64,000 nt of DNA from a virus (Duplodnaviria > Caudoviricetes): the IMG/VR virus record IMGVR_UViG_3300043429_000173, positions 1,489-65,488 of that record, one strand, 5' to 3'. Both the position numbers and the translations under genes were made by a program. Below are positions 37,834-47,401 of the stretch, one piece after another. The notes below the pieces were generated by a model, which made no database searches, was not told the origin of the DNA, and saw nothing but the letters and a program-made list of their open reading frames with translations. Within the stretch, counting starts at the first letter, position 1. Every line of letters starts with the position of its first letter.

Positions 37834-38752
37834 ACGGTAACTCCTGTTGGTATTCCAGTAACGTGTTCAACGTCTGTTCTTGTTGTATTATTGGTGCGTT
37901 TAGTATGTCCAGACTCATCACTAAGCCGAATCCAGGAACCAGCTCCCTGCCCTTCGGTGCGGATACTTGCGGTGTAGTCGGCGTAGTCCCGCTCGATGTG
38001 GTCGCAGAGGCTTGGGTGGCACTTGTTGCATTGGGTGTCGCAGAGCTCGCTGGAGTCTGTGACGATGACGTCGTTGCCGATGATGATGCTGGTGCTGACG
38101 TTGCTGGTAACACATTGGCTTCCGTCATTGTCTGCACATTCTCCGTCGACACAGTTGCAGGTTCTGGTGCTGTGACGGGCACAGGCGTGCTGACTGGATT
38201 TATAGGACTTGCTGGACTGATCGGACTGCTCACGTTCGTTGGATTGACTGCACTCTTCTCGCACGTGTTCTGTATCTCTACCCAAGATCCTGCCACTGGC
38301 TGAGCGTAAGGCGTTGGACAGGTTGAAATTTGCTGCTGAGTTATATATCCCACGTATCCATCTTGACATGCTAGCTGCCTTTCTTGGACCGTTTGGAAAC
38401 ACGTTGGCGGGTCTGGCGTACAGTTGTTTGAGGTTGTGACCCAGTCTGTCCATTGATTGTTACTACACGTTTTAGTGCGGCTTTGATTGATTGCACCACT
38501 ATAATTAGGCTCGCAAGCAAGGCTTTGAAACTCAACAATGTCTTGACAAGGCGGCTGAACAGGCTGACCGCACTCTGGAATCCCTGGGTAAAGCTGGCAT
38601 GCAAGTGCTTGGCACGATGCCATAGATGTACCGTTAGCCACCCCAAGACTCGAGTATACAGGGCCGTAATACGCCCACTCAGTTGCGTAACAATATGCAT
38701 AAACATTATTCGCTCCTATTAACAGCCAAAGGCAGAGTAAAAGTCTTACCAT
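37694..38752 (-). CDS. Exported Cys-rich protein with Ser/Thr/Pro linker
   Basis: Signal peptide MVRLLLCLWLLIGANNVYA; two C..xY.G.I.Q....C...W....N.C repeats; start at ATG 38752. Confidence 0.7.
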   Translation of the reverse strand: MVRLLLCLWLLIGANNVYAYCYATEWAYYGPVYSSLGVANGTSMASCQALACQLYPGIPECGQPVQPPCQDIVEFQSLACEPNYSGAINQSRTKTCSNNQWTDWVTTSNNCTPDPPTCFQTVQERQLACQDGYVGYITQQQISTCPTPYAQPVAGSWVEIQNTCEKSAVNPTNVSSPISPASPINPVSTPVPVTAPEPATVSTENVQTMTEANVLPATSAPASSSATTSSSQTPASSATPNATSATQASATTSSGTTPTTPQVSAPKGRELVPGFGLVMSLDILNAPIIQQEQTLNTLLEYQQELPYELRGNQGVLLEFIVDSEATAYFDNRGRWEHNLLRGYVFQRLQGFD

Positions 38753-39182
38753 ATAAGTCATGGAACCATTCAGGATGTATTTCAAACCAAGCTCTCCTTG
38801 CTGCATCACCAATAGAACCACCTATAGGGCATGGTGAACCGCTCATTTCTAGGGCTTGCCATACTGCTTTGTCTGCACCACATGCTAGCGATACAGCAGC
38901 TACTTTAAGACCTGAGTCATGTAAGAACTTAGCCCACTTTAGCTTGACGCAGTTTTGATCTGTCAGCATTGTGCCGCCAGCTACAGAAAATACGCCACCG
39001 TTAACAGCGCCGCTAACACCAATCCCACAAACATCTTGGGAGAAAGCTGACATCGAAGGAGCCATAGCACTGGGCACAGGTTGACCTTTATAATTAATTG
39101 TTGTTTCTTCTGCATGACTAACTCCTACAGCCAGTAGTCCGCCAATCAATAGACCAAGTATAAATAGAGTTAAGGTTTTCAT
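38706..39182 (-). CDS. Exported Cys-containing conserved phage protein
   Basis: Signal peptide ending VSHA; PSAMAP, DVC, NC, GLKVAAVSLAC, GSPCP. Confidence 0.75.
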   Translation of the reverse strand: MKTLTLFILGLLIGGLLAVGVSHAEETTINYKGQPVPSAMAPSMSAFSQDVCGIGVSGAVNGGVFSVAGGTMLTDQNCVKLKWAKFLHDSGLKVAAVSLACGADKAVWQALEMSGSPCPIGGSIGDAARRAWFEIHPEWFHDLYGKTFTLPLAVNRSE

Positions 39183-39183
39183 T

Positions 39184-40269
39184 TTAACTTTTCATGATAT
39201 AACAAAGCGCATAGTAAGGAGGCAAGTTAGCATTAGTACCGCTTGAACCTGCTGATGCAATAGTGATTCCTGTTGTTGCAGATTGAAGTGATGTTGATGT
39301 TACTGGAGAACCTTGTCCTGTATTATTTGGAGCAAGCGTTGTCATTTGAATATCGTTCAAACTAACATTATAGGCTCTTGTTCCTGAAAGCGTATGAACG
39401 TGTCCAGGGTCTGTAACTGAGTGAGTATGTGATACAACAATTGCATCTGCACTGCCACCTGTTGCGTCTACAGCATAAGTAGATCCCGCACCCACTACAA
39501 AACGATTACGTAAATCAGGCGTTGAGTTAGAGCCATCACATAGTAACCATCCACTAGGAATAGAACCTGATGATCCTGACCATAGCATAATCATGCCAGC
39601 TACAAACGCATTACCCCATGTAGGAGTATTACCTGAACCAGCAGATACCATAACTTGACCTGATGTACCAGCAGCACCATCTAATGTGAGTCCGCCTGTA
39701 ACTGCTAATGTGCCTGATGAAGATACATTCACGCCTACTACGCTACCTGTTAAGTTCCCAGTTACGTTACCTGTTAAGGCTGCAGTGATTGTACCTGCCG
39801 CAAAATTACCTGAGCCATCGCGAAGTACCAATGTGTTAGCTGTGTTAGCTGTGCTTGATGCACGACCTACTAGCCGGAAGTCCGCAGTGCCAATTGTTGG
39901 ATCATAATAAGCTAGATAAACTTCACCACTTGGTACTGTTAACCCTGTAGAAGCGGATGTTTTTAATACCACAGCAGCATCTGAACCGTTGGCAATTACA
40001 TAAATTTTACTTACAGCAGGAGCAATCACATTTCGAGATGTACCTGGGGTACCTGATACTCGGATAGCCATGCAGCGGGCTTCATCGGTTGTACCATTAA
40101 AATTTGTTAACGTAACATTACCAGAAGTTACATCAATCGCTGCAGTTCCAGCAATCGCTTGTTCGATCAATGTACCTAAGTTAACGTTGGTCGTATTACC
40201 CCATGTGCCTGACTGGTCGCCAGTACCGATAAGTTCAATACGTAATATAGGTGAAAAGGTGCTTGCCAT
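39184..40269 (-). CDS. Tail fibre with tail-collar domain
   Basis: GTWGNTTN N-terminus; GMIMLWSG..IPSGWLLCDG..TPDLRNRF; PPYYALCYIMK. Confidence 0.85.
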   Translation of the reverse strand: MASTFSPILRIELIGTGDQSGTWGNTTNVNLGTLIEQAIAGTAAIDVTSGNVTLTNFNGTTDEARCMAIRVSGTPGTSRNVIAPAVSKIYVIANGSDAAVVLKTSASTGLTVPSGEVYLAYYDPTIGTADFRLVGRASSTANTANTLVLRDGSGNFAAGTITAALTGNVTGNLTGSVVGVNVSSSGTLAVTGGLTLDGAAGTSGQVMVSAGSGNTPTWGNAFVAGMIMLWSGSSGSIPSGWLLCDGSNSTPDLRNRFVVGAGSTYAVDATGGSADAIVVSHTHSVTDPGHVHTLSGTRAYNVSLNDIQMTTLAPNNTGQGSPVTSTSLQSATTGITIASAGSSGTNANLPPYYALCYIMKS

Positions 40270-40308
40270 AATATAGTCCTTTGTTTTTTAGCGATTTTAC
40301 ACTAATCC

Positions 40309-41208
40309 TTACTGAATGTCGTTAACGTCAACCCATGTATCTGTTTGTGCATCGTTTACATCTACCCAACCTGGTGTCTGTGCATCTATAATATCAGTCC
40401 AATTTGCAGTTTGACTATCGTCAATTAAGAACCAACCACGTGGGAACTGCTCATCCAACATTAAGAATGTTTCGTTAATTGCTGTTTGGAACGCTGCAGT
40501 TACCGTTGCTGAGTCAGCTAAATTAATATTTTCTTGTATTGAACTTACAAACTGTGCTGATATTGTTTCTGCATCTTCTGAATTGAAGCTCTCAACGACT
40601 GTTTCAAAGAATACGCTAATGATTGTAGCTAAATCGTTTAATGTTACATCTTCATTTCTGCTTGTAACAAACTGCGCTAAGATAGTGGCTGAATCAGCAG
40701 GTCTTAGGTTTTCGGTGCGTGACACACTGAATTGCGCGGTCATTTCGCGAACGTCGTCTAGGTTTGCATTCTCTACAATACTGAAGTAAAGCTCTGCTGT
40801 TACCGCATAAGCATCTGCCATGGTGAATGGCTCAACACGTGATTGTAGCGCAGCAAAGTATGGCACTGGATCGTCGGCAATTGTTGAATCTTCGGTCTTA
40901 CTTACTGCAAACTGTGCAGATATTTGGTTGTCATCGTTCGCTGCAATGTTCTCTGTAATGCTTTGCAAGAAGTCATAGGTCTGAGTGCTTGAGTCACCCA
41001 TCGTAACAAACTCATTGATCAAGCCATAGAACTCACCAGAAGTGGTGTCAAACTCAAACATGTTAACGTTTTCGGTAAGGCTTTGTTGGAATGAAAAGAT
41101 CTGTGTATTTGCATCAGCCATACCAACATTCTCATCCATCGTAGCGACGTGCGCTGTCGATGCTAAACTAGCAAAAGGTACTTGAGCAAAAGCACTGATT
41201 CCAAACAT
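40309..41208 (-). CDS. Acidic repeat virion protein
   Basis: MFGISAFAQVPFASL; about eleven 20-aa repeats and four 11-aa Trp repeats. Confidence 0.7.
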   Translation of the reverse strand: MFGISAFAQVPFASLASTAHVATMDENVGMADANTQIFSFQQSLTENVNMFEFDTTSGEFYGLINEFVTMGDSSTQTYDFLQSITENIAANDDNQISAQFAVSKTEDSTIADDPVPYFAALQSRVEPFTMADAYAVTAELYFSIVENANLDDVREMTAQFSVSRTENLRPADSATILAQFVTSRNEDVTLNDLATIISVFFETVVESFNSEDAETISAQFVSSIQENINLADSATVTAAFQTAINETFLMLDEQFPRGWFLIDDSQTANWTDIIDAQTPGWVDVNDAQTDTWVDVNDIQ

Positions 41209-41214
41209 TAGAGT

Positions 41215-41868
41215 TTACTCGTACAAAATGTTAATTGAGCCAGCATCAAAGGTATCTGTGCCGTTTACTGTTGTGATGCGGATACGGTCAAGAACGTCTG
41301 ATAAAGTTTTAGATGCTGCTGTAGGGTTTGTTCTTGGTATTTCTGGGTTTGCAGTAGTTCCATTAGCAGCCCATATGTTTGCGTTTACATTGCAAATAGT
41401 AATTAAACCATTCCAAGTAGAGGCTGCAGTGTTAATTCTACTTAAAGCAATTCCATTTGTATAAGAACCTGTATCTGCGCTAGCTGCATTATCAAGATAT
41501 GAGGCTGCACCAACATATCCTGTAGTTTCTATGCCACCAGAATCTCCCAATTGAATCAATATAATTGAAGTGCCATTTGTACTAACCCCATTAAACATTA
41601 CAGTAATACGCTTAACCCATGAAGGAATACCAGTAAAGTCTACAGAAGTGCCACTAGCAGATACAGCAGTTCCGCTTGTTAAAGGTTGACTTAACTTAGC
41701 TGGAGTTACTGATGCGTTTCCTAAATATGTAGTTGTGATATTCCCTGTGCCGATGTTTGTCAGAGCAGCGCCTGTAGCTAAATATGTTGGCGTGATATTC
41801 CCTGCACCGATGTTTGACAAAGCAGCGCCTGATTCAATAAGTCCACTGTCTACTTGTGTTAATGGCAT
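41215..41868 (-). CDS. Tail fibre / receptor-binding-like protein
   Basis: SVTPAKL, SGTSVDFTGIPSWVKRIT, FDAGSINILYE. Confidence 0.7.
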   Translation of the reverse strand: MPLTQVDSGLIESGAALSNIGAGNITPTYLATGAALTNIGTGNITTTYLGNASVTPAKLSQPLTSGTAVSASGTSVDFTGIPSWVKRITVMFNGVSTNGTSIILIQLGDSGGIETTGYVGAASYLDNAASADTGSYTNGIALSRINTAASTWNGLITICNVNANIWAANGTTANPEIPRTNPTAASKTLSDVLDRIRITTVNGTDTFDAGSINILYE

Positions 41869-41876
41869 AATAATTC

Positions 41877-42863
41877 CTAAGCTGTGTATGAGCCAGAAGC
41901 TGTAAATGTAAGTATTGTATTAGATCCGCTTGTGGTTACTGTTGGTGAACCTGTTGTAACACCTGTGTATCTAGATGTAGGTATGGAAAGAATTACCACT
42001 CCTGATCCGCCAGCGCCAGAAGATCCTTGCAGGTTGCCACTTGAATTAAAGCCATTACCACCACCACCGCTACCTGTGTTTGCTGTTCCAGCAGTAGCGT
42101 TTAAGCCGTTTCTACCACCATTACCACCACCACCCGCTCCACCTAAACCTGCAGTTCCTGTAGAGTTAAGTAAATACGCACCACCACCACCACCACCTGC
42201 ACGTGTTACTGAACTTCCCGTAATGGATGATGCAGTACCAGCACCACCTGCCGCACCTGTGCCACTACTCGCATTTAAACCTACAGCAGATGATCCACCA
42301 CCGCCACCACCGCCACCATTAGTTCCTCCAGAAGCAAATCCAGTACCCCCTGCAAATCCTTGACCTGAAGTTCCCGAAGCTCCTGCTGATGCAAAATCAA
42401 TACCTGTACCCCCACCACCAGAACCGCCAGTTAAAGGTAAAGTTGAGCCAGTTGTGCCGCCACCGCCACCACCGCCAATTGAGGTAATTGTGTTTAATCC
42501 AGTTCCAGACAGCGATGAGCTTGAACCACTACTACCTTGAGCAGCAGTACCACCAGAGCCGCCGCCTCCAACTGTAACTGTATAAACTGACCCAATATTA
42601 ATAGATGCTGTGCTAGCCCTATACCCACCAGCACCACCGCCTCCTAAAGTGCCTCCACTAGCGCCACCAGCTATAATTAAATACGATATAGTGTATTGAG
42701 GTGAGCTGTTAAATGATACCCAATCATTTGAATTTGAATCATACCATTCAGGAAAACCTGTTGTGGTATTAAAACCTTGCTGACCAGCAATAGGATTAGA
42801 CGGCCTTGTTGCCGTTGTCCATGAAGGTGGCGTTGCAGAAGATACGTTAACTGCTCTAGTCAT
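41877..42863 (-). CDS. Glycine-rich virion protein, paralog 1
   Basis: YLIIAGG...GGGGAGG...SGVVILS. Confidence 0.75.
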   Translation of the reverse strand: MTRAVNVSSATPPSWTTATRPSNPIAGQQGFNTTTGFPEWYDSNSNDWVSFNSSPQYTISYLIIAGGASGGTLGGGGAGGYRASTASINIGSVYTVTVGGGGSGGTAAQGSSGSSSSLSGTGLNTITSIGGGGGGGTTGSTLPLTGGSGGGGTGIDFASAGASGTSGQGFAGGTGFASGGTNGGGGGGGGSSAVGLNASSGTGAAGGAGTASSITGSSVTRAGGGGGGAYLLNSTGTAGLGGAGGGGNGGRNGLNATAGTANTGSGGGGNGFNSSGNLQGSSGAGGSGVVILSIPTSRYTGVTTGSPTVTTSGSNTILTFTASGSYTA

Positions 42864-42864
42864 A

Positions 42865-43971
42865 TTATGCTGCCCTTACCATTGAACCGCTAAAAAACGT
42901 AACAGATGCTGCGCTTTGAATTACTGTATTTACGCTCTGATACCCGTAAGCCTCTATATAATCTGTTGTGCCGTTCATATATATTAATCCAACTACTGAA
43001 CAAATTGTTCCAACCCCTGCTACTGGAATACCTAAAACGCCTTCTTTTTCTACAGAACCATTTTTGTATAGTCTTGCTGTAGAAAACCCAGTTGTTGCAT
43101 TTCCATACGTTTGAAGAATAAATTGATAGTATCCAGCCACGTTTGGAGTAAATTGAAAAGTAGAAGTATTAAAGCAATTGTTAGTGTCAAAATCTTCTGT
43201 ATTAAAATTAAGTTTGGTTGCTACGTTTGCAGTAAGCGACTGAGTACCATTTAATCGCACATTAAATGCTGGGCCAGTACCTGCGACTCCTGTTGCTATA
43301 TCCGCCTGAACAACCGCTCCCGCTGCAATCTTCGCTGTAGTTACTGAGCTATCCGCTAACTCACTTGTACCAACTGCCCCTGCAGCAATCTGAGTCGCGC
43401 CCACTGCGTCGTTTGCTATCTTGGATGTGGTGACAGCCCCATCAGTTATATAAGTAGAGTTAACCGCACCAGCTGTTGCAGGGATGGCATTCAACACAGA
43501 GCTTACAAAGAAGCTGATGGTTTCAATTAGGTCGCCTGCTGTTGCACCTGCAGCTAATACAACAGTTGTGCCGTTTGATGCTGTATAGTCTGCACTGCCA
43601 AGCATAACGCCGTTACGATATACGTCGATGTAGCCTACTGTGTATGACGGCACTGAGAACGTTGTCTGTCCCGCTGTCGCTGTGAACTCAGTCACTGTGC
43701 GGTATGCAGTTGTTGTAACACCGCTTGCTGGGATGCCTAAGTAACGAACAGAGATATTGTCTGTACCACTTGGAGGCGCAGCTGAAAAAGTAAGTGTTGT
43801 GCCGTTGATTGAGTATGTACTTGGATCTTGAACCACGCCAGTAATCGCAACCAACATTGAGGACGTAGTAGCAGGTGCTACAGACATTGTGAAGACTGTA
43901 GTTGATCCGTTACCGTTAAAGGTATCAGTTAAGAACGCTACTGAGGTTGGCTGATTTCCGATGTAACTCAT
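42865..43971 (-). CDS. Tail fibre with C1q-like C-terminal domain
   Basis: MSYIGN, ATAGQTTF, VTTAKI repeats, FTPNVAGYY, MNGTTDYIE. Confidence 0.75.
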   Translation of the reverse strand: MSYIGNQPTSVAFLTDTFNGNGSTTVFTMSVAPATTSSMLVAITGVVQDPSTYSINGTTLTFSAAPPSGTDNISVRYLGIPASGVTTTAYRTVTEFTATAGQTTFSVPSYTVGYIDVYRNGVMLGSADYTASNGTTVVLAAGATAGDLIETISFFVSSVLNAIPATAGAVNSTYITDGAVTTSKIANDAVGATQIAAGAVGTSELADSSVTTAKIAAGAVVQADIATGVAGTGPAFNVRLNGTQSLTANVATKLNFNTEDFDTNNCFNTSTFQFTPNVAGYYQFILQTYGNATTGFSTARLYKNGSVEKEGVLGIPVAGVGTICSVVGLIYMNGTTDYIEAYGYQSVNTVIQSAASVTFFSGSMVRAA

Positions 43972-44909
43972 GCTGTATAGCTCCCAGAAGCTGTAAATCT
44001 AATAATTGTATTTGAGCCAGAGGTTGTTACCGTTGGAGAGCCTGTTGTATTTCCTGAGTAACTTACAGTCGGTATTGAGATAATTACTACACCTGATCCC
44101 CCAGCGCCAGAATTTGTAAATGATGGAGTAGATGCGCCACCACCACCACCGCCAGTGTTTGCAGTTGCAGATGTAGCAGAAGCATTTACTGTAGCTCCAT
44201 TACCACCGCCACCATTACCTCCTGATGCTACTGTTCCTGCCACATCGTTAGCGCCACCGCCACCACCAGCATAAAATACTGCAGAACCAGTAATACTGTT
44301 TGATAACCCAACCCCACCAGTACCACCTAAAGCAGATGATGCATTTCCACCAACCGCCCCTGCGCCACCACCGCCACCTGAATCTGTATTGGCACTAATG
44401 CCATCAAACCCCAAACCGCCCATATTTCCTTGGCCAGCAGTACCAGAACCTCTAGCAGAGCCAGGTGATGCATTAGACCCTGCTCCGCCACCTGAACCAC
44501 CAGATCCAGCATTTACACCATTAGCACCGCCACCACCGCCACCAATTGCTGTCAATCCTAACGCAGTTGAATTACTACCTGCATTACCGCCACCAGATGA
44601 TTTTGTTGCTCCGCCTGCACCAACAATAAATGAATATGTAGTTCCTGAAAATAATGTTGCAGTACCTGTTAAATATCCACCTGCGCCACCACCGCCGCCA
44701 ACATACTGTCCACCGCCTGAACCACCGCCAGCTACAACAAGGTAGCTTACAGTTATGGGAATTTGACTTAACAAAGCTAATGTCCCACTTGTAGTTGGTA
44801 ATGTTAATGTAGCCCCACCAGAAACAGGCAGTGTAGTTAACGGCGCGAGTTTTGCAGTACCAACAGATTGGTTATCAATACTTGCTGAAGTTATTCGACT
44901 AATAGCCAT
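43968..44909 (-). CDS. Glycine-rich virion protein, paralog 2
   Basis: Same domain and C-terminus as paralog 1. Confidence 0.75.
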   Translation of the reverse strand: MAISRITSASIDNQSVGTAKLAPLTTLPVSGGATLTLPTTSGTLALLSQIPITVSYLVVAGGGSGGGQYVGGGGGAGGYLTGTATLFSGTTYSFIVGAGGATKSSGGGNAGSNSTALGLTAIGGGGGGANGVNAGSGGSGGGAGSNASPGSARGSGTAGQGNMGGLGFDGISANTDSGGGGGAGAVGGNASSALGGTGGVGLSNSITGSAVFYAGGGGGANDVAGTVASGGNGGGGNGATVNASATSATANTGGGGGGASTPSFTNSGAGGSGVVIISIPTVSYSGNTTGSPTVTTSGSNTIIRFTASGSYTA

Positions 44910-44912
44910 TTA

Positions 44913-45266
44913 TTACTCCGTTGGAACTTCGTCCCAAGATGTTGTTTCTTCATTCCATGTGTATAGTTTACCATCATCTGGCATTGGTACTGGTGCATGC
45001 CATAAACAAGTATCCTCGTTTAACTCCCATGAATCAAACGGTTTTGGTGGGATGAACGCATCTAATGCACGGTCATAGGTAAATCCAACACCTGCATAGT
45101 TTTTACGTAATGGCGTACCACCAAGTTTATGCTCACCACCATAGGTATTATATGATGTTTGAATCCATTCACCAGGAGATGAATCCACGAATGTTTCAAA
45201 AAACTCTGGCTCAGCCACAATGACTTGTGTAACTTTACCGTCAACTACTTTTGCAAAATGACTCAT
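44913..45266 (-). CDS. Conserved fibre-associated protein
   Basis: MSHFAK, WIQTSYN, RKNYAG, DAFIPPKP, WNE motifs. Confidence 0.7.
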   Translation of the reverse strand: MSHFAKVVDGKVTQVIVAEPEFFETFVDSSPGEWIQTSYNTYGGEHKLGGTPLRKNYAGVGFTYDRALDAFIPPKPFDSWELNEDTCLWHAPVPMPDDGKLYTWNEETTSWDEVPTE

Positions 45267-45844
45267 TTAAATTGTTCTCCTGTTATCCAAACTACTAGAC
45301 TATATCTTTTACCTTTAGTTACTGGCTTGACTTCATGCAATATATAACTAGGGAAGGCAACTAATTTCCCCTGCTCTTTCCCCATAACATCTGGATTGGT
45401 CTTGGTGTATAGCAACAACTCACCACCTTCGTATTCTTTTTCATCAGATAGCTGAACACTGATAGATAGTTTTCTAGCTGCCCCATTAAACACTTTGTCC
45501 ATATGCATGCCATAGAAACCTGATGGCGCTGTATACTTAGTAAATTGTATTCCTTCAATCATTCCAAATAAATTGAAATTAAAAAACTGATTATTTAAGT
45601 TTTCAGCAATTGAAGTCAATCTCTCGTATAGCCATGTTGCATCGGATGGATATATCCAAGATACTTCACTATCTCTTATTTGCTTGTCTTCTTCTTTATT
45701 TTCAATTGTTGCTTTTTTAACAATCTTGGATTCACCAAGTTTAATAATCTGTTCGCACTCTTCTTTTGATAGCGCACCGTCCCAGTATGCCCAGTTATTA
45801 ACAGTGTCTACCTGAAAAGCCCAACCACCTTTGTGATCACTCAT
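45263..45844 (-). CDS. 2OG-Fe(II) oxygenase (PKHD/prolyl-hydroxylase-like)
   Basis: HMD (HxD), RKLS, YEGGEL, FPS..LHEVKPVT.GKRYSLV. Confidence 0.92.
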   Translation of the reverse strand: MSDHKGGWAFQVDTVNNWAYWDGALSKEECEQIIKLGESKIVKKATIENKEEDKQIRDSEVSWIYPSDATWLYERLTSIAENLNNQFFNFNLFGMIEGIQFTKYTAPSGFYGMHMDKVFNGAARKLSISVQLSDEKEYEGGELLLYTKTNPDVMGKEQGKLVAFPSYILHEVKPVTKGKRYSLVVWITGEQFK

Positions 45845-45845
45845 A

Positions 45846-47009
45846 TTATGCAGTGTAGCTTCCAGATGCGTTAAATTGCAATATAGTATTAGAGCCTGAT
45901 GTAGATACTGATGGGCTACCAGTAGTTACGCCTGAGTAGTTGGCTGTAGGTACGGAAATAACAACAACACCTGAACCACCAGTTCTACTACCTGCACCAC
46001 CGCCACCACCAGTATTAGCAGTACCGTTTGATGCACTACCACCGCCACCCAAGCCGCCAGCACCACTTGCACCGCCATAGCCACCCCAAACAATACCACC
46101 GCCACCACCAGCCAAGTAGTAATTTCCACCACTTAATTGACCTGCGGTTGAGCCTGTTATTGGGTTTATGCCACCGATACCACCTGCACCTGCAACTGAT
46201 CCGCTTGGCGCGTTGTTACCATTAGCGCCTTTACCACCGCCACCACCGCCTGCACCTGGGCCAGCTCCACTACCACCTGCGTTACCTTGTCCAGCAGTAC
46301 CACCAGCACCACCAGCGCCTTCTCGTCCACCACCGCCTGAACCACCTACAGCTGGGCCAACTGAACCAGCACCATTACCACCGCCAGTGCTTGAGATACC
46401 AAATACTGAGGAAGCCGCTCCAGTTGCGTTTGTAGCACCGCCGCCGCCAATAGTAACTGTGTATACAGTACCTTGATTTAGGGTTGATGTGCCATTTTGC
46501 ATACCGCCAGCACCGCCACCACCTCGACCACCATAAGTACCTTCACCACCACCGCCACCACCCGCTACGACTAAGTAGCTTGCTGTGTATTGAGCAATTG
46601 CCGTAATTGAGTTACTTGCTGCACTAGCTGCGCTGTTTCCAATAGCATTTGTGGCTGTAACAGTGAATGTATATGAAGTACCCGCTGTTAACCCTGTTAC
46701 TGTAATTGGAGAGCTTGAACCACTTCCAGTGATGCTACCTGGAGTTGAGGTTGCTGTGTATCCTGTAATTGTTGACCCGCCATCACTTGCAGGTGCGGTA
46801 AACGCTACAGTTGCATTTCTGTTTGTCCCTGCTGTTGCAGTGCCTATAGTCGGTGCGCCTGGAACTGATTTAGGCAATGGAAAATTACCACCAGAAACTT
46901 GTTGGAGTGCTTGTGTTGTAGTATAAACCCCCTGCGCGTCACCAGATTGTCCACCTGTAACAGTAGGTCTTGTACTCCTTACTAATCCACCAAACCAGCG
47001 ATTTGACAT
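45846..47009 (-). CDS. Glycine-rich virion protein with FN3 domain, paralog 3
   Basis: PGAPT...DGGSTITGY...GLTAGTSYTFTVTATN FN3; Gly-rich domain. Confidence 0.8.
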   Translation of the reverse strand: MSNRWFGGLVRSTRPTVTGGQSGDAQGVYTTTQALQQVSGGNFPLPKSVPGAPTIGTATAGTNRNATVAFTAPASDGGSTITGYTATSTPGSITGSGSSSPITVTGLTAGTSYTFTVTATNAIGNSAASAASNSITAIAQYTASYLVVAGGGGGGEGTYGGRGGGGAGGMQNGTSTLNQGTVYTVTIGGGGATNATGAASSVFGISSTGGGNGAGSVGPAVGGSGGGGREGAGGAGGTAGQGNAGGSGAGPGAGGGGGGKGANGNNAPSGSVAGAGGIGGINPITGSTAGQLSGGNYYLAGGGGGIVWGGYGGASGAGGLGGGGSASNGTANTGGGGGAGSRTGGSGVVVISVPTANYSGVTTGSPSVSTSGSNTILQFNASGSYTA

Positions 47010-47392
47010 TAGTTAATTTCTTCCCAAGAACATGTCACAACTAAATCATTAGCAGCACTTGCTGTTGCGCCTATTGATCTATCTTCAAGTAAATAAATGC
47101 CTGTTGTTTTGTCCAATACTACTAACGATGCGTCAGCTGGTACAGATGCAGTAGAAAGCAATGCAGTGCCTGTGCCGCCTAAATCATCTTGCGAGAATAA
47201 TTTAATAGTTACATCTGCAGCACTTGTGCCGTCTACGTTAGCAACCACAATAGAATTAATCTTAAAAATTTTACCACTTGAAGCAGGGTTATTGATTAAT
47301 GCTGTAGCAAATGGATCTGCCGTGGTACTAAGTAGAATTGATGAAGTGTTACCGTAAATTGACGTAACATTTACTATATTAGGGTTTGCCAT
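47009..47392 (-). CDS. Small virion structural protein
   Basis: MANPNIVNV...ANVDG...VPADA..SWEEI. Confidence 0.65.
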   Translation of the reverse strand: MANPNIVNVTSIYGNTSSILLSTTADPFATALINNPASSGKIFKINSIVVANVDGTSAADVTIKLFSQDDLGGTGTALLSTASVPADASLVVLDKTTGIYLLEDRSIGATASAANDLVVTCSWEEIN

Positions 47393-47401
47393 TTTTTATT
47401 C

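Noticed and set aside
37830-38453. 207-aa alternative-frame ORF ending at the next gene's ATG
   Set aside because: Fully nested in the signal-peptide Cys-repeat gene, with no clear RBS or protein-like features; treated as a shadow ORF, though a frameshift product cannot be excluded.
41884-46926. Pro-rich plus-strand ORFs opposite the Gly-rich genes
   Set aside because: Antisense shadows of GGN codon runs.
41877-47009. Diversity-generating retroelement or invertible shufflon among fibre paralogs
   Set aside because: No reverse transcriptase or invertase; paralog differences are not adenine-specific and all copies are co-oriented.
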